Shown here piece by piece: positions 62,232 through 64,000 of a DNA stretch of 64,000 bases. Each line of letters opens with the position of its first letter. The first letter of the stretch is position 1. The translations under genes were made by a program, and so were the position numbers. Below the pieces are notes generated by a model that saw only the letters and a list, made by a program, of their open reading frames with translations, was not told the origin of the DNA and searched no databases. The stretch comes from Octopus bimaculoides (Eukaryota), in NCBI RefSeq assembly GCF_001194135.2, contig NC_068994.1, positions 13,027,266 through 13,091,265 on the forward strand, read 5' to 3'.

Positions 62232-62241
62232 NNNNNNNNNN

Positions 62242-62595
62242 TGGCACTCGGTCGGTTACGGTGTCGGGGGTTCCAGTCGATCTGATCAACGGAACAGCCT
62301 GCTCGTGAAATTAACGTGCAAGTGGTTGAGCACTCCACAGACACGTGTACCCTTACCGTAGTTCTCGGGGATATTCAGCGTGACACAGTGTGACAAGGCT
62401 GACCCTTTGAATTACAGGCACAACAGAAACAGGAAGAAAGAGCGAGAGAAAGTTGTGGTGGAAGAGTACAGCAGCTCGTGGAGCTTTTAGGTGTTTTCGG
62501 AAATTAAACACTCACAACGCCCGGTCTGGGAATCGAAACTGCGAAACTATGACCGCAAGTCCGCTGCCCTAACGACTGGGCCATTGCGCCTCCAC
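62242..62595 (-). mobile_element. SINE family B with an internal deletion
   Basis: Reverse-complement match to family B; the gggttcgcc...gagcc segment is missing. Confidence 0.8.
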
Positions 62596-62843
62596 ATTAT
62601 AATATATATATATACATATTATATATATACATATTATATATATACATATTATATATATACATATTATATATATATATAATATAGATACTTGTATATAATA
62701 TATATATAATATACATATACGTATAATAGGTATACTATTAAACCTTGGGAGAGGCATTATGCCAGTAATAAACACACACACTGGTTCGGTGTGTTAGGGT
62801 TCTTGTTACAGTGTTCTTTACCTCCGCCTATATATATGAACAC

Positions 62844-62963
<120 letters not shown>

Positions 62964-63860
62964 TTTATTATTTTCTGTGACAGCTCTGCATAATATCGAG
63001 AGCAAAAGAAAACAATATTAGGGTTAAGACACGACTGATTGAGAAGAGTTCAATATCGATGACCAGTGACTGACTTTCACAGCTAACTTGCAAGCTGATT
63101 GCCGAAATGTCTGGCAAGGTGAATCTTCACGGAAAACCGGATATCAACAGGAAAAGCAATCTCTAATGCAGTGGTTGTCAGTCTAACAACTGTCAAGGCT
63201 CCACCCCTAAACATTAGTGACATTTTTTTACCCTCTTCCCCTATTAATTAATGGGTTAAGGTGACAACAAATTAGAGTTTACGTCAATATATTAATTCTT
63301 TCTTCGTCATGGTGTTGGACAAGTTTAAATTATTAAACATGGTAATTTGGCTGCGCCCTTTTCAATCCTCTCCATCACATTTTCCCCACTCCGTAAGAAT
63401 CACTGTTCTAATTATTGATGTCTGCCTATCTTTACATCAATTTATTTCCACTTCTGTCAATTTATAATCCAATCTATTCCGGTTGTCAACTGACCTTAAC
63501 AAAATATGAATTTGCGAATTCTGACATTTCAGCCACAATCTGCAGACGGTTGTAAACTATCACAGCCTTCTAACAACAAACCATATCTACGTGATACTAA
63601 GTTCATATATACATATATATATATACATGCATACATATCTATATATATATATACACACACACATATATATACACACACATATATATATATATACACATAT
63701 ATATATGCACACACACACATATATATGCTTAGTGTTAACTATCGGCAAGAAGAGTATTCAATACCACAGTAGAGATTAATAATATATTTTATTTTGGGTT
63801 CAGCTAGTAGTCTCTTGCTGTTCTGAGTTTCATCTGTAGGTGCACAGAATCTTCAAGCAA

Positions 63861-63897
<37 letters not shown>

Positions 63898-64000
63898 TAT
63901 GCAGGGCAGGGAATCGTCAATTAGTAATAAAATTAATAATTAACAATTTTGCCGGGTAGCTCAGTATGAAAAAACCTTTTCGGTAAAATCATTTATAATC

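Noticed and set aside
63000-63500. Possible TRAPPC12 promoter or first exon
   Set aside because: Unique, slightly CpG-richer sequence, but no clear donor on - and no diagnostic core-promoter motif could be supported.

Overview
AT-rich, repeat-dense animal genomic DNA from a gapped draft assembly (many N-runs). The tRNA-headed SINE families and the CA/TA/ATT microsatellites look like a coleoid cephalopod, most likely Octopus; this is inferred from repeat style, not from a database hit. Two convergent multi-exon genes were reconstructed by hand from GT-AG sites and phase continuity. (1) An ABHD2-like alpha/beta hydrolase on + has six visible coding exons at 4302-30612; its N-terminal exon(s) were not found and one internal exon is probably inside the 26941-27786 gap. 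(2) TRAPPC12/TTC15 on - has twelve coding exons at 56793-40107, one truncated by the 49609-49884 gap. Introns and the intergenic region hold four SINE-like families (labelled A-D here), RTE-type LINE scraps, a mariner relic, and hAT-, piggyBac- and pogo-type MITEs. No prokaryotic-type system and no CRISPR array was found. The least explained items are a 33-bp x15 minisatellite fused to a GC-rich orphan ORF cassette bounded by copies of the repeat core (21528-22639), a telomere-motif inverted-repeat plus GC-hairpin module (62109-62231), degenerate hammerhead-like motifs, and inverted SINE pairs around ABHD2 exons. Most X-containing and IY/VC/TH-rich ORFs in the supplied track are gap or microsatellite artefacts.
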